NCBI GenBank assembly: GCA_001724265.1
Contig: MEDY01000005.1
Span: 1 to 64,000 of the forward strand
DNA: 64,000 nt
Reading direction: 5' to 3'
From: Rhizaria sp. SCN 62-66
Taxonomy: Eukaryota
In this document: piece by piece, positions 11,348-22,300 of the stretch
How positions within the stretch are numbered: the stretch's first letter is position 1
How the letters are laid out: each line of letters opens with the position of its first letter
Translations under genes and position numbers: made by a program
Notes under the pieces: model-generated
What the model saw: the letters and a program-made list of their open reading frames with translations, nothing else
Databases searched by the model: none
Told to the model about the DNA's origin: nothing

Positions 11348-13174
11348 TTACGCGCGGCGGCTGCGGCTCTGGCCGCGGCCCTGGCCCTGCTGCTGCTGCT
11401 GTTGCTGCTGCTGGGGGCGGCCGCGGGAAGACGAGCGCTCGCGACGCTGGCCCTGCTGCTGCTGCTGCTGGGCCTGCTGGCCGCGGCCGCCGCGGGCCGG
11501 GGACTGGCCGCGAGCGGGCGACTGCCCACGCTGGCGCTACTGCTGCTGCTGCTGCTGGGGCTGGGGCTGGCCGCGGCCGCGGGACTGGCTGCGGGCCGCG
11601 GCGGGCGCGCTGTCGTTGTCGCGCGCGCGGGCGCCGAAGACGCCGCCGGCGGGCGCAGCCTGCTTGGGCGGCTGCTGCTGCTGCTTGCCGCCGCGGCCGC
11701 GAGAGGACGAGCGGTCACGGGCGCCACTGTTGGTGTTGGCGTTGGCGTTGGCGTTACCGCGGGCGCGGGAGAGCGAGCGCGAGGGCGAAGGCGAGCGCGA
11801 CTGCGCCTGAGGTGCGGTGCGGCGCGCCTTGGCGAGCATCTCGCTCCGGTTCTGCGCGCCGCGACGCGCGCCCGCGGCCGCGCGCTGGAGGGCGCCCTGC
11901 TTGAGCGCGGCAGCGGCGGCGCCAGACTTGCCGCGGGCAGTGGCGGCCGCGGCGGCAGAGGCGACCTTGCGGGACACCGACGCGTCGCGCGCACGCGAGG
12001 TCGAGCGCGAGCGCGAGCGGCTGGGAGAGCGGTCGGCGCTGCTGCTGCCGGCGTTGGCGTTGGCGGGGACGCGGGAGCGGCCGCGGGTCGACTGCGGCTG
12101 CTGCTGGTTCTGCTGCTGCTGCTGCTGGGGCGCGCGGCTGCGGCCGCGGCCCTGGGCCTGCTGCTGCTGCTGGTTCTGCTGCTGCTTCTTGGCGGGGGCC
12201 TTCTGGCCCTGCTGCTGCTTCTGCTGCTGCTGGCTCTGCGCCGAGCGCGGGTTGGAGCGCTGGGTCACGCCGCCGTTGCGGCGCGCGTTGCCGCCGGCGT
12301 TGCCGCCCTTGGCAGAAGCGCCGCCCTTGGCGCTGTTGTTGGCGCTCACGTTGCCCTTCTTCTGGTTGTTCTGGTTCTGGTTCTGGTTCTGGTTCTGACG
12401 GCCGCCCTGGTTCTGGCCCTTCTTGTTGGCGCCAGCCTTGTTGCTCTAAGGTGTAATGCAGAGAAGCGACGAGGTGATGGCAGTCAGGCATAACAAGAGA
12501 GTGCGACAAACGTGTGCGATTGCGATTGGGACACAAAAAGTGGAGATTCGAGGGGAGTGATGGATGTAAGATGTGTCCATGTGTGTTGGATCAGTGTCAT
12601 GCAAGGATGATCGCGCTTGCAAATGTCGCTGTGTTCGTTGTGTGTCGGGTACGCCTTCGTTTGCGTTTGTGGCGTCGCTGTCGTGTCTATGTTGCCTGGA
12701 CACACACACAGTCTCGTGTAGGTTTAATAGATCTGCAGAGATGTGGCTCATAGAGATGAAACAGCACACCCGCGGTACATCACTCATTACACAAGAGAGG
12801 ATGAGGGCAGAACCACACCGAAACTGTGTGCTTGTGGCGAGAACGACTGTCCTACGGCCGAGACAGTCCTGATGGATGTGCAGCTCAGCGCATATCGAGC
12901 GGGATCTGACAGGCAAAACGAAAACGGATTGCAAAGAAAGTGCCACGTCGCAAAAGAGCAGACAGTAGGTAATACCAGACAGAATGTGGCGCAACACAAC
13001 GAGATCGTGGATACCACGAAATCGTGTGTCGAACCAGAGACGGTTTCGTCCAAGAAGAAGTGGGCGCGAAAAGAGATTATTTAGGATTGAATTTCACGAG
13101 TGATAGAAAGGACGTACGCGCTCAGCATTAACAATGTCACTCAGACTGACATCAAGCATTGACTGAAAACTCAT
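11348..13174 (-). CDS. UAP56-binding-motif (UBM) Arg/Ser/Gln/Gly-rich protein, ALY/REF- or UIF-like mRNA export adaptor candidate; join(13118..13174,11348..12445), ~384 aa, one in-frame TAG (11537..11539) as Gln
   Basis: Exon 1 encodes MSFQSMLDVSLSDIVNAER (compare UBM consensus LDMSLDDII), followed by a GTACGT donor and a TAG acceptor at 12446-12448 (phase 0). After the QQQQQQ-TAG the same RG/Q/S composition continues for 62 codons (RQRGQSPARGQSPARGGRGQQAQQQQ...) to TAA at 11348-11350. Confidence 0.65.
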
Positions 13175-13793
13175 GTTGATCTTGTCCACGTGGGTTTAGC
13201 TTCGCACCAACCACCTTCTCAAAATCCCTTATCTCGCCTTCGAGCCTCCGAGCGATTCGTGGTCGAGGACATCCTCCCAGCAACAGACCAGCGAGCGAGA
13301 AGTTAGGCCGGTTTTTGACACAGCGCCGGGCGAGACCGGGACAACTTTGAGCCAGACCGAACAGGACGAGTTTCTCTGGCTCAACACCGAGGAAGTAATG
13401 CAATTTTCAACTATAATGCACTTCGCGATGTGGCATATTTTGAATTTTGAAATTGTTGCAACTATAACTCAGTTTTTGACCTGAAACACAGTTTGCAAAG
13501 TGGCCATACCGTTGCCGTTAGAGCACACCGCAAACTCGTTACTTCCCTTTGCGGCGCTTTTCTCAGCAACTATGCAGTAGAGCCTTTATATATTCGTGTT
13601 CCCGGGGATTCATTCAACTACGCGGTGTTGTTATATCACGTTCGATAGTGTGTTGTGTTTCTCAAATTTTCATTTTCCGCAACTCGGTCGCTGTCAACTG
13701 CTCTTTTTGCCATTCGCGATTTTCGGCGTTTTACTCAACTATCCTCATCTTCTACGTTACTGCACGGACCTTCTGCTGATCACTCCTAGGCCG

Positions 13794-15581
13794 ATGTCGT
13801 CCCGCCGCTCGTCCTCGCGCGCCCGCGCGAGCACCAGCAGCAGCACCAAGGCCCCCGCCGCTGCTGCGACCCCCGCCCGCGGCCGTTCCCGCTCCCGCTC
13901 CACCTCCCGCGCCCCCGCCTCGTCCCGTGCCAAGTCTTCCGGCCGCTCCTCCGCCGCCAAGAAGTCTTCCTCGTCCAAGTCGAGCAAGGCCGACGCGTCT
14001 CCCGAGCGCCCCGCCCCGACGCCCAAGCGCGCCGTGCGCACCCGCTCGCGCTCCGCCGTCCGCGCCCCCGTGCTTACCGTCGAGGACGACACCAAGCCCG
14101 CCGAGCCCAAGGCTGCTGAGCCCGCCGCTGACGGCGTGCGCTCGCGTCGTTCTCTGCGCGTGGCCCGCGCCGCCGGCGAGGCCGACGCCGCCGAGGTCGC
14201 GCAGTTCGAGGCCTCCGTGGCCGCCGCGACTGGCAGCAAGCGCGTGGTGGAGCCCGAGCCGTACCAGTTCGGCGGCCCCCTGGGCGCGCTGGGCATCTTC
14301 GTCTTCTCGCACTTCATCGTGATGTACTTCTTTGCGTGCCTCAACCACAACGGCGGCGCGCTGCTGCTGCCGCAGTCGCTCTCCCAGGTCGCCATCGTGG
14401 CCTGGGCCAAGACCTTCTGGAGCATCCTCGCTACGCACGCTGCGCCGACCATGTGGGCCTTCAAGGCTTTCTGGATCTTCCAGATCACCCAGGCCATCCT
14501 CGCCGTCATCCTTCCGGGCGTCACCATCTTCGGCCTCCCCGTGCCTTCCGAGGGCGGCAAGCGCCTCAAGTACCACTGCAACGCTCTGTCGACGTGGTAC
14601 GTCACGCTCGCGGCCTTCTGGGCCATGAACCACTACGGCGTGTTCCGTCTGTCGTCGATCATCGACAACATTGGCCCGCTCGCCACTGTCGCCATGTTCT
14701 CCTCGGACGCCATTGCCGTCGCCATCCACGTCGCGGCCTACATCAAGGGCACCGTCGCCGAGGACCGCTCCGGCAACGTCTTCTACGACTTCTTCATGGG
14801 CGTGTGGCTTAACCCGCGCATCGGTGCGCTCGACCTCAAGATGTGGGCCGAGGTCCGCGTGTCGTGGATCATGCTCTTCCTCATCACCGCCTCGGCGGCC
14901 GCGAAGCAGTACGAGACCTACGGCGTCATCTCCCCCGCCATGGGCCTCATCCTGCTCGCGCACGGGCTCTACTCCAACGCCATCATGAAGGGCGAGGACT
15001 GCATCCCCACGACCTGGGACATCTTCCACGAGAAGTGGGGCTGGATGCTCATCTTCTGGAACCTCTGCGGCGTCCCCTTCGTCTACACCACGCAGTCCAT
15101 CTTCCTCGTCCAAAAGACCCCCCAGTTCGTGCAGTATCCCACCGCCGTCTGGGTCTTCCTTTACATCGCGATCATCGTGCTCTACTACATCTGGGACACG
15201 TGCAACAGCCAGAAGAACCGCTTCCGCATGGTGCTCAACGGCTCCTACGTGCCGCGTCCCTTCGCCTTCCCGCAGCTGCCTTGGGGCACGCTCAAGGACC
15301 CCAAGTTCCTGACCACCAAGGCGGGCACTCCGCTGCTCGTCGACGGCTGGTACCGCTTTGCGCGCAAGTTCCACTACACCGTCGACATCACCATGGCGCT
15401 CGTGTGGGGCCTCTCGTGCGGCACGTCGCACTTCCTGCCGTTCTTCTACGTCTTCTTCTTCACCGGCTTCCTCTATTCGCGCGTCATCCGCGACGAGGCC
15501 CGCTGCGCCGTTAAGTACGGCGCCGACTGGGACACCTACGTCGCCCAGGTGCCCTACCGCTTCATCCCCGGCGTCTACTAA
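13794..15581 (+). CDS. ERG4: Delta24(24(1))-sterol reductase (ERG4/ERG24 family, ERG4-type) with N-terminal RS-rich extension
   Basis: Motifs YQFGGPLG, FYDFFMGVWLNPRIG, DLKMWAEVR, YSNAIMKGEDCIPTTWDIFHEKWGWMLIFWN, FPQLPWG, LLVDGWYRFARKFHYT and RDEARCAVKYGADW...VPYRFIPGVY. Multiple TM segments, strong GC3 bias, TAA stop. Confidence 0.9.
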   Translation: MSSRRSSSRARASTSSSTKAPAAAATPARGRSRSRSTSRAPASSRAKSSGRSSAAKKSSSSKSSKADASPERPAPTPKRAVRTRSRSAVRAPVLTVEDDTKPAEPKAAEPAADGVRSRRSLRVARAAGEADAAEVAQFEASVAAATGSKRVVEPEPYQFGGPLGALGIFVFSHFIVMYFFACLNHNGGALLLPQSLSQVAIVAWAKTFWSILATHAAPTMWAFKAFWIFQITQAILAVILPGVTIFGLPVPSEGGKRLKYHCNALSTWYVTLAAFWAMNHYGVFRLSSIIDNIGPLATVAMFSSDAIAVAIHVAAYIKGTVAEDRSGNVFYDFFMGVWLNPRIGALDLKMWAEVRVSWIMLFLITASAAAKQYETYGVISPAMGLILLAHGLYSNAIMKGEDCIPTTWDIFHEKWGWMLIFWNLCGVPFVYTTQSIFLVQKTPQFVQYPTAVWVFLYIAIIVLYYIWDTCNSQKNRFRMVLNGSYVPRPFAFPQLPWGTLKDPKFLTTKAGTPLLVDGWYRFARKFHYTVDITMALVWGLSCGTSHFLPFFYVFFFTGFLYSRVIRDEARCAVKYGADWDTYVAQVPYRFIPGVY

Positions 15582-16332
15582 GCGAAACGCTGTCGTTAAA
15601 TCGATCGGAAGGGGTGCGCTAGAGAATGACGTGGCGACGACCAGCAACTGGCTATGTAATGACTTCAGAGGACTCTTACGTATTAAATTTATGCGTGTGT
15701 TAAAGAAAGAGATACTGTAAAGAGATTGTGATGTTTCTCTTTGTTTTGTTTCTGCAAGTATTTAGTTTTACCTTTCCAACAAACACACCAAGAATGCGAT
15801 GTTCATGGTGTATTTTTTTTCTTGAACGAGTCAAAGTAACATAATTGATCACGCGTCATGCCTTGTATGTTTTACATTTAGAACTACGCTTGACACTTGA
15901 GAAGTTCCTCATGTATTGAGTGGTCGCTCCATCGTCTGTGAACGTACTGTTGTCGCATCGCATGTCCTGTTGTCTTGCGTCTTGTCTGCTTCGTTGCTCG
16001 TTCTTGCTCTCTACAGAGTTTTAAGTTCGAGTGATGTCGTCGGTGACGTAATAACGATGCTGTTGTTCTTCATATTTTATACACTAGTAATTTTATCACA
16101 CTTCGGAGTAACTCCTTCAGCACAAACCTCCATAAATCATCACTCTTTTTTTCACTCTTTTTTTCATGTTTTGCCAAGGACTGAAGTGAGATCTACATTT
16201 GAGAAGATATTCATGAACTGTGTATTATTTTATCATAATCAATTGATTTTAATTTTAAAAATTGTCAATCTATATTATTTATCATTGTTTACTCATGATG
16301 GCTTCAGCAGGAGGCTTCTTATCAAACAGTCC

Positions 16333-19300
16333 TTACACACCCATCCCGAGGACGTCGTGCAGGGCATCACTACCAACCCCTTTGGCCTGGACAAACTTGG
16401 CATATTTTGACGCCAACGCAACCGCCTCTCCCGTTTCCGACCCGCCCATTCGCGCCATCCACTCTACGCACCCCGGCTTAACTTTGTGCCGCTGCAGCAA
16501 CGTAGTGAAGAGCGCGAACTGGAAGTGTGCAGACCGCTCACTTGCAGACATGCCAACTCCCCACGTGCCGTTGTCGCTCTCGCCCTCGGCCTCAACCCCC
16601 TGCTCATCACTGTCTGCATCGGCGACTGCAGCGGCAGCTCGCACCAGCCCGACTGCGACAGCGACCGCGGCCACGGGGGACGTCGCCGCGGTAGCCAGCA
16701 GCCGCTTCCGCTCGCTCTTCGCGCTCGCTGACGCGGACGCGGTCTGATTTTGCGCATCGGCGGCGGCCTGACTTCCGGTGCCCCATAGCGCAAGCAGTGG
16801 CGCGAGCGAGGAGTCTAGCGCGCGCCAGAGGCGGACGGCAAGGCGCTTGTCTTTGGGGGCCAGTCCGGGGTAGCTCGCCGTCGTCACACCCTTGTTGAAC
16901 GTGTTCACGTAGACCGAGCAGTTGCTCTCAGCGCTGGGGCACGGGTCGGGGTCGCAGGTGGCGAGCGTGGCGGGCACCGAGTGGAGCACGCTCACGAGCG
17001 ACTGCGATATGAACGAGAGCAGGGACGGGAGAACAAGACTGTGGGCGACAGGCACCGTCACGCCCGCGGCGCTCTTGCTCTTACTCACGCCGTGCGTGCC
17101 GCCGCTCGCGGTGGAGACGGTGGAGGCAGCCGGGCTCTGGGTGAAGGCAACCGCAGCGGGCACCATTGAGCGCAGCTTCGCAGCCGCACTCATCCCCTCT
17201 GCCTCATGGTCCATGGGGTTTACACTCACGCCGTCCAAGAGAGTCGCCTGCAGCGGCTGCGTGTTGGCGAAGCCGCCCGGCCGAAGCGCCGAGAGCGCGC
17301 CCTTGAGCACGGCAGGAATGACCTCGGTGGCGAGCAGGGTCGCAAAGGCCAGGTGCATCGGCGAGCCGGGAATGAGGAGCGCGGAGATGACGGCGTAGGA
17401 AACTTCGGGGGACTCGGTCAGCGGCTGCTTGGCAGCGCTCGCACTCAGGCCGAAGGCAGACGTGTGGGTGGCTCGCTTTTGGCGAGAGGCCTTCGTCCTG
17501 GTCTTAGCAGCGCGAGTGGTAGGGTCGAGGGGCATAACCTTGCGACTGGACATGCTCTTGCGCTGCGCCACTTGTGACTGAGCAGGCTTGAGCTGAGTGA
17601 CTTGAGGTTTGACAGCGGTGCTAGAGTTCATTGTGTTGAAATGGCTGCTGTTTGTGGGAGCAAACATTGCTGACAGAGTTGTCTTAGTCACCGCAACTGT
17701 CTTCTTGTTGGCAAACACAGAAGCAAGGTCTTCGTCATCGTCGTCCTCTCCCTTGGCACCGGGACTAGTCGTGGGCAGGGATTCGTTGTCGTCACCATCG
17801 TTGGTATGCTCAAATGGGTTGGTACTAATGTTGGCTTGGTCAGCGTCGTCGTTGTCGTCGTCGTCAAAGGGGTTGGTTCGAGCGCTCTCTTGATTTTGGG
17901 TGCGACGGTCAGCCCTCGACGCAGGAAGAGTGTCAAACGGATTCGTGCTCTGTCCGTACAAGCTCGTGCTGGCGTCCGCATTCGCGTTTGTGTCACCAGC
18001 CACATGGGACGCTTCATTGTCGTTCTCGAAAGGATTACTGCTCGTGGTCATAGCCTCAGGGATAGCGATAGCATCAGCTTCAGGCTCAGGCTCCGACTCA
18101 TAATCTGACTCGTACCCATCCTCACTGTCAGAGTCCGACTCGGAATCCGAGCCAGAATCAGAGTCGGAGTCGTTGTTTGTGAGAACAGTCGAGTACCCGC
18201 ACAGAGCGTAGCGCAGGCCCTTAGAGAGCAGCTCAACACTCGCTCTCACAGCGACCCTGTCGGCCTCTTCGTCGTCACTTTCACTCTCGCCATCGCCATC
18301 AGCAGCACTGTGACTCGCGTTCGTGGTTGCGCCCGTGTTAGTGTTCGAGGTCGTGCGGGTGATGCCATAGAACGCCAAGAGATCTTCAGCCTCTGCAGCA
18401 GCTGCAGCAGCGGCCTCTGCTGCCTCAGCAGCCTTAGCCTCGGCCTCGGCTTGCGCCTCCGCGCTTAAGCCCTTCGACTTGCCGTGAGAGGGTACCACAG
18501 ACAGGAGGGGTTGAACCTGAGTCACACCACTCGCACCATGCTGCTGCTGACGCATCGTTAGGAGCTGCTGCTTGCGTTGCTTGCGCTGCAGCTGCTTCTG
18601 CTGGAGCTTCAGCAACTTCTTGCCAACAACGCGCACCCACCAGGCGCTGACGGCCGTGAGGCGTGGCAACAGCAACATGGCCATGGTCGAGAGACTGTGA
18701 GCAACACAGGTACCGAGGCGAGAGGCCAACAAGTCAAGTCGTACCAGACGGGCGTCGCGGCCGACGTAAGGGGCGGAGAAAGTCAGGCCGCCCTTAGCTG
18801 AGGAAGGTGCCACACCATTGCTCAATTCGACGTTGTTATGATTCTTGACAATGTCCTTCGTGACGCAGCAGGCGCAGCAGTAGTCGCGCTCGACAACACT
18901 CTCAGCATCCGCTGTGACACCAGAGTCGCCCGCATTGATAGAGTCAGCGTAGTACAATGTGTTCGAGTTGCGCGGCAAAAGCCCGCCTTCAACAGCCTCC
19001 CGGTGAGTGCCACGGCTTGCCAGAGCACTCAGCAGCTCACACGCATTTGCCTTGTTGCTGCTGTTGCTGCACGCACTAGACGAAACACTGCATTTATGCT
19101 GTGTGTAAGTATTGAGATAGTGCGCCATAGCACCCGTGCTGCTCGCACCCGTGCTCGCGATCGTGGTGCTACCGCTGTTGGTCACAGTGCCAGCATCTGA
19201 TAGCTGCGAGTAGCCGACGGGGTTGACAAAGGCGTTGTTGAACGCGTTTACACTCACAATACTGCTGCTTCCGTTGCTGACAATCGCCGCAAGCTCGCTG

Positions 19301-22300
19301 TTCGTGGTGGTACCAGGGGCAAATGCGAGCGACTTAAAAGCGAACGAGACTGCAGGGCAGCGCTGCGTGGCGCGGCAACACCACGGCTGCCGGCACAGCT
19401 GGTCGTTGCTGCTGCCACCGGAGGGCGGCACCGCAGCTGTTGCGGTCGCGCCCAGGGGCACACCGGCGCGACCGCGCGTCTGCAGCAGCAACTGCTCGAA
19501 GCGAGCGGCGCGGGCCCGCTTCGCCGCCACAGCAGTGCTCGTGCCGGCTGCAGCGGCTGCAAGGCCGAGGCCGTTGCAGTTAGCACACACATGCGAGACG
19601 CCGGCGTGACGCGAGCGCGCGGCGCTTGAGCTGGCGGAGAAGGCGATGGGCGTCAAGAGCGACAGCTTGGCAGGCACGCCGTCAGCGGCGCCAACGCAGC
19701 CCTTGCCGTCGCACTCGTCGCAGACGCCCAGCATGGCGACCCGCGGCGGGGGGCGGCTGAGCTTCCCGTCGTCGGCCAGCGTCGCGACGTAGTCCAGGAG
19801 GGCGGTGACGTGCGCGATAGTGGCCGTGGCGGTGTGGGCAACCGAGAGCGCGGTGACCAGCGGGAGGTAGTCGGCACGGTACACCGTCGGCCCGCGCGAG
19901 GCCGCGGGGGGCAGCGGGCACGGGATCGGCAGAGGAGACGGGAGGGGAATCTTGATCGTCACCACACGCGAGGCATGACCGCTGTTGTTGCGACTGCGCG
20001 TGAGAGCGTTGCTGGCGTTGTTCGTCGTGCCCGAGAGAAGCGAGTTGTACAGAGAATGTACGTCATCGGCGCTAGCGCTACTCGTGTCGTTGGTGTTAGC
20101 AAGGTAAACCGGGTACTGATGACTGAAGTTGTTAAACATCACAGCCATGATCTCGCTGTCGCCAATCATCACAACGCGGTACTTAGAACCACTAAGTGCG
20201 TCTTCGTCGTTGGCATCATCACTGTCACTGCTCTCGTTATAAGCAGGCTTCATCTTGGCGTTGGAGTGGCGATTGGAGCCATATCCGCTGTTACGGCGGT
20301 CCTTGTGAGTATCGGAGGAGTCGGGCTCCCGACCAGGATTCGCAGCAGCAGGCATATGAATATAGCGGAGACCACCAACGCGACCTTCAGCAACACCAAG
20401 AACCTTCATTAAAGTGACGGAGGCACCGGCGCGCCACTGTACAGCGCTCTTACTGTCAGCACTGCTGTTGTTCACCGTGTTGACAGTGTTCGACCTGCTG
20501 GCACCTGATTTGGTGTTGTTTGATGACCAACCGATACGCACACCCTTATTCTCGAGGCAGACAAGGCGGGCCTCTTCGGCCAGAACCTGTGCTGCAACCA
20601 CAGCGGCACGCGCGCTCGCGGTACTTGACAATGAAAACCCAGGAGCCAAGGGGGACGCGTGGCGCCAAGAGAATACACTGTCTACAGAGGAGTTTGAGCT
20701 TGAAACACACGCAGTGGCAGTGGCCATTGTATTGTAGGCGAGGGTTTCAGCAGCAACAGTGAGTGCAGCCGCCCCAGCATCCTTGCTGTGGGGCGAACTA
20801 ATGACGCTCGCAAACACTTGGTGTGCCTCGGCAGCAGTGACCGGTGCGAGGTGCTTCGCACCAGTTCCTGGGCCAGTCGCAGCGATGATTTCACCCTCGG
20901 GGGTGGCGCGCAGTGCCGCCACAGCGCCAGAATGGGAGTTAATCCCCGTCACTCCGGCCTTGGCAAACGCAGCGTCAGTTGCGGCGGCGTCAGCAAGCGA
21001 CTGCACAGGGGTCATCGTCGCGTTGGTCGCCGTCGCCGTCGTCGGCGGCGCTGCGGATGCTGGGGCTGCGGCTGCGGTTGCGTGAGTGTGCGGGAGGTGG
21101 CAGTGGGCTGTGCCGCTGTTGGCCACGATGAGTCCAGCCGGGAGGGTCGCAATGTTGGTCGCCACGGAAAGTGCAAGGGGCGCAACGTTCGTGGAGGCAA
21201 CGCGACTCATAGGGCGAGGCGCGACACCACCAGCACTAGTGCTCAAACTGGTCGCTGCGGAGGAAGGGCTACGCATTCCAGAGTTGATATTCGCGTTACT
21301 AGTGATGCTGCTACTGCTCGTGTTACCAGCGCTACTTGTGGTCGGCAGCGGGGCGATCACGCCACCCGGCAGTCCTGCGCTGGGCATCGGCACTGCCAAC
21401 GGCGACGCCAGCAGCCGCGTCAGGTGCGACGGGTAGACTTCGAGAACCTGAAGCAAATCCATTGTTAACGCTGCAAGCGTAGCCGGGTGATGCACGCAGA
21501 GTGACGCTGCGCCGCCAAGCTGCGCCTTGATGAGACTGAACACTGTCTCAACTGACGAAAGAGTGAACGTAGGCGGCAAAGGCGGCTCAGGCTCAATGTC
21601 TTCATCTTGGTCCGGCTCAGCACCGTTTGCGTTCGTGCCGTCGAGAGCAGCGGCAACCGCCGTGCCCGCGGCGGCCCGGGCGGCGGCAGCGCGGGCTGCG
21701 GCGGCCTCAGCGGGGGGCACAGACCAGACATACGGTTCAGAGGTAAGAGGCAGTAGCAACGAGTTGATGTAAGTGGACCGAGCCAGGCGGGGGATGTACG
21801 GATGCTCGGTGTAGGTGCGCTTCGACAAGTCGGCGTTGGAGTTGCCACTGTTGTCCTCGTCCTGATCGGCATCTTGGTCTTGATCTTCAGTGTTGTTATC
21901 ACCACCGCGGCCCTGCGCTGCATTCGCGACGGCACCAGAGTTTGCGTTGTTGGGGTTGTTCGCGGTAGCCGACGTGGTTGTGAGGGATGAGAACCACGAC
22001 TTAACACTGCTGAGCGTTCTCCCGGTCGGGGGACTCGCGCCGGGCTTTCCAAGCGCGCCGCCGGGGCCGGTCTGCCTGCTCTTGGAGTCAGGGGCGGCAA
22101 ACGCTGCGGCAGCGGCTTCGGCGCGCTTGGCAGCCTTGGAGCCAGGGACAGGGATATTGACTTGTGTGGCAATAGGAGGCACTGGGAAAATACCAGCGCT
22201 CGAGCTTGAGCTCGTGTTTGCGCTTGTGTTGTTTGCGGGAGAAATCCCCGTGTAACTGCTCACTGGGGGAGGCAACGTGCACTCAAGCATGCGGGCCGCC

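Noticed and set aside
12446-13117. Intronic snoRNA in the long intron
   Set aside because: No convincing C/D box pair with a terminal stem seen by eye; a covariance search is needed.
13752-15647. Long antisense ORFs opposite real genes (also 11288..12493, 44027..45421, 55381..57402, 58389..60446)
   Set aside because: Shadows of GC3-biased coding sequence on the other strand, with no recognisable motifs.
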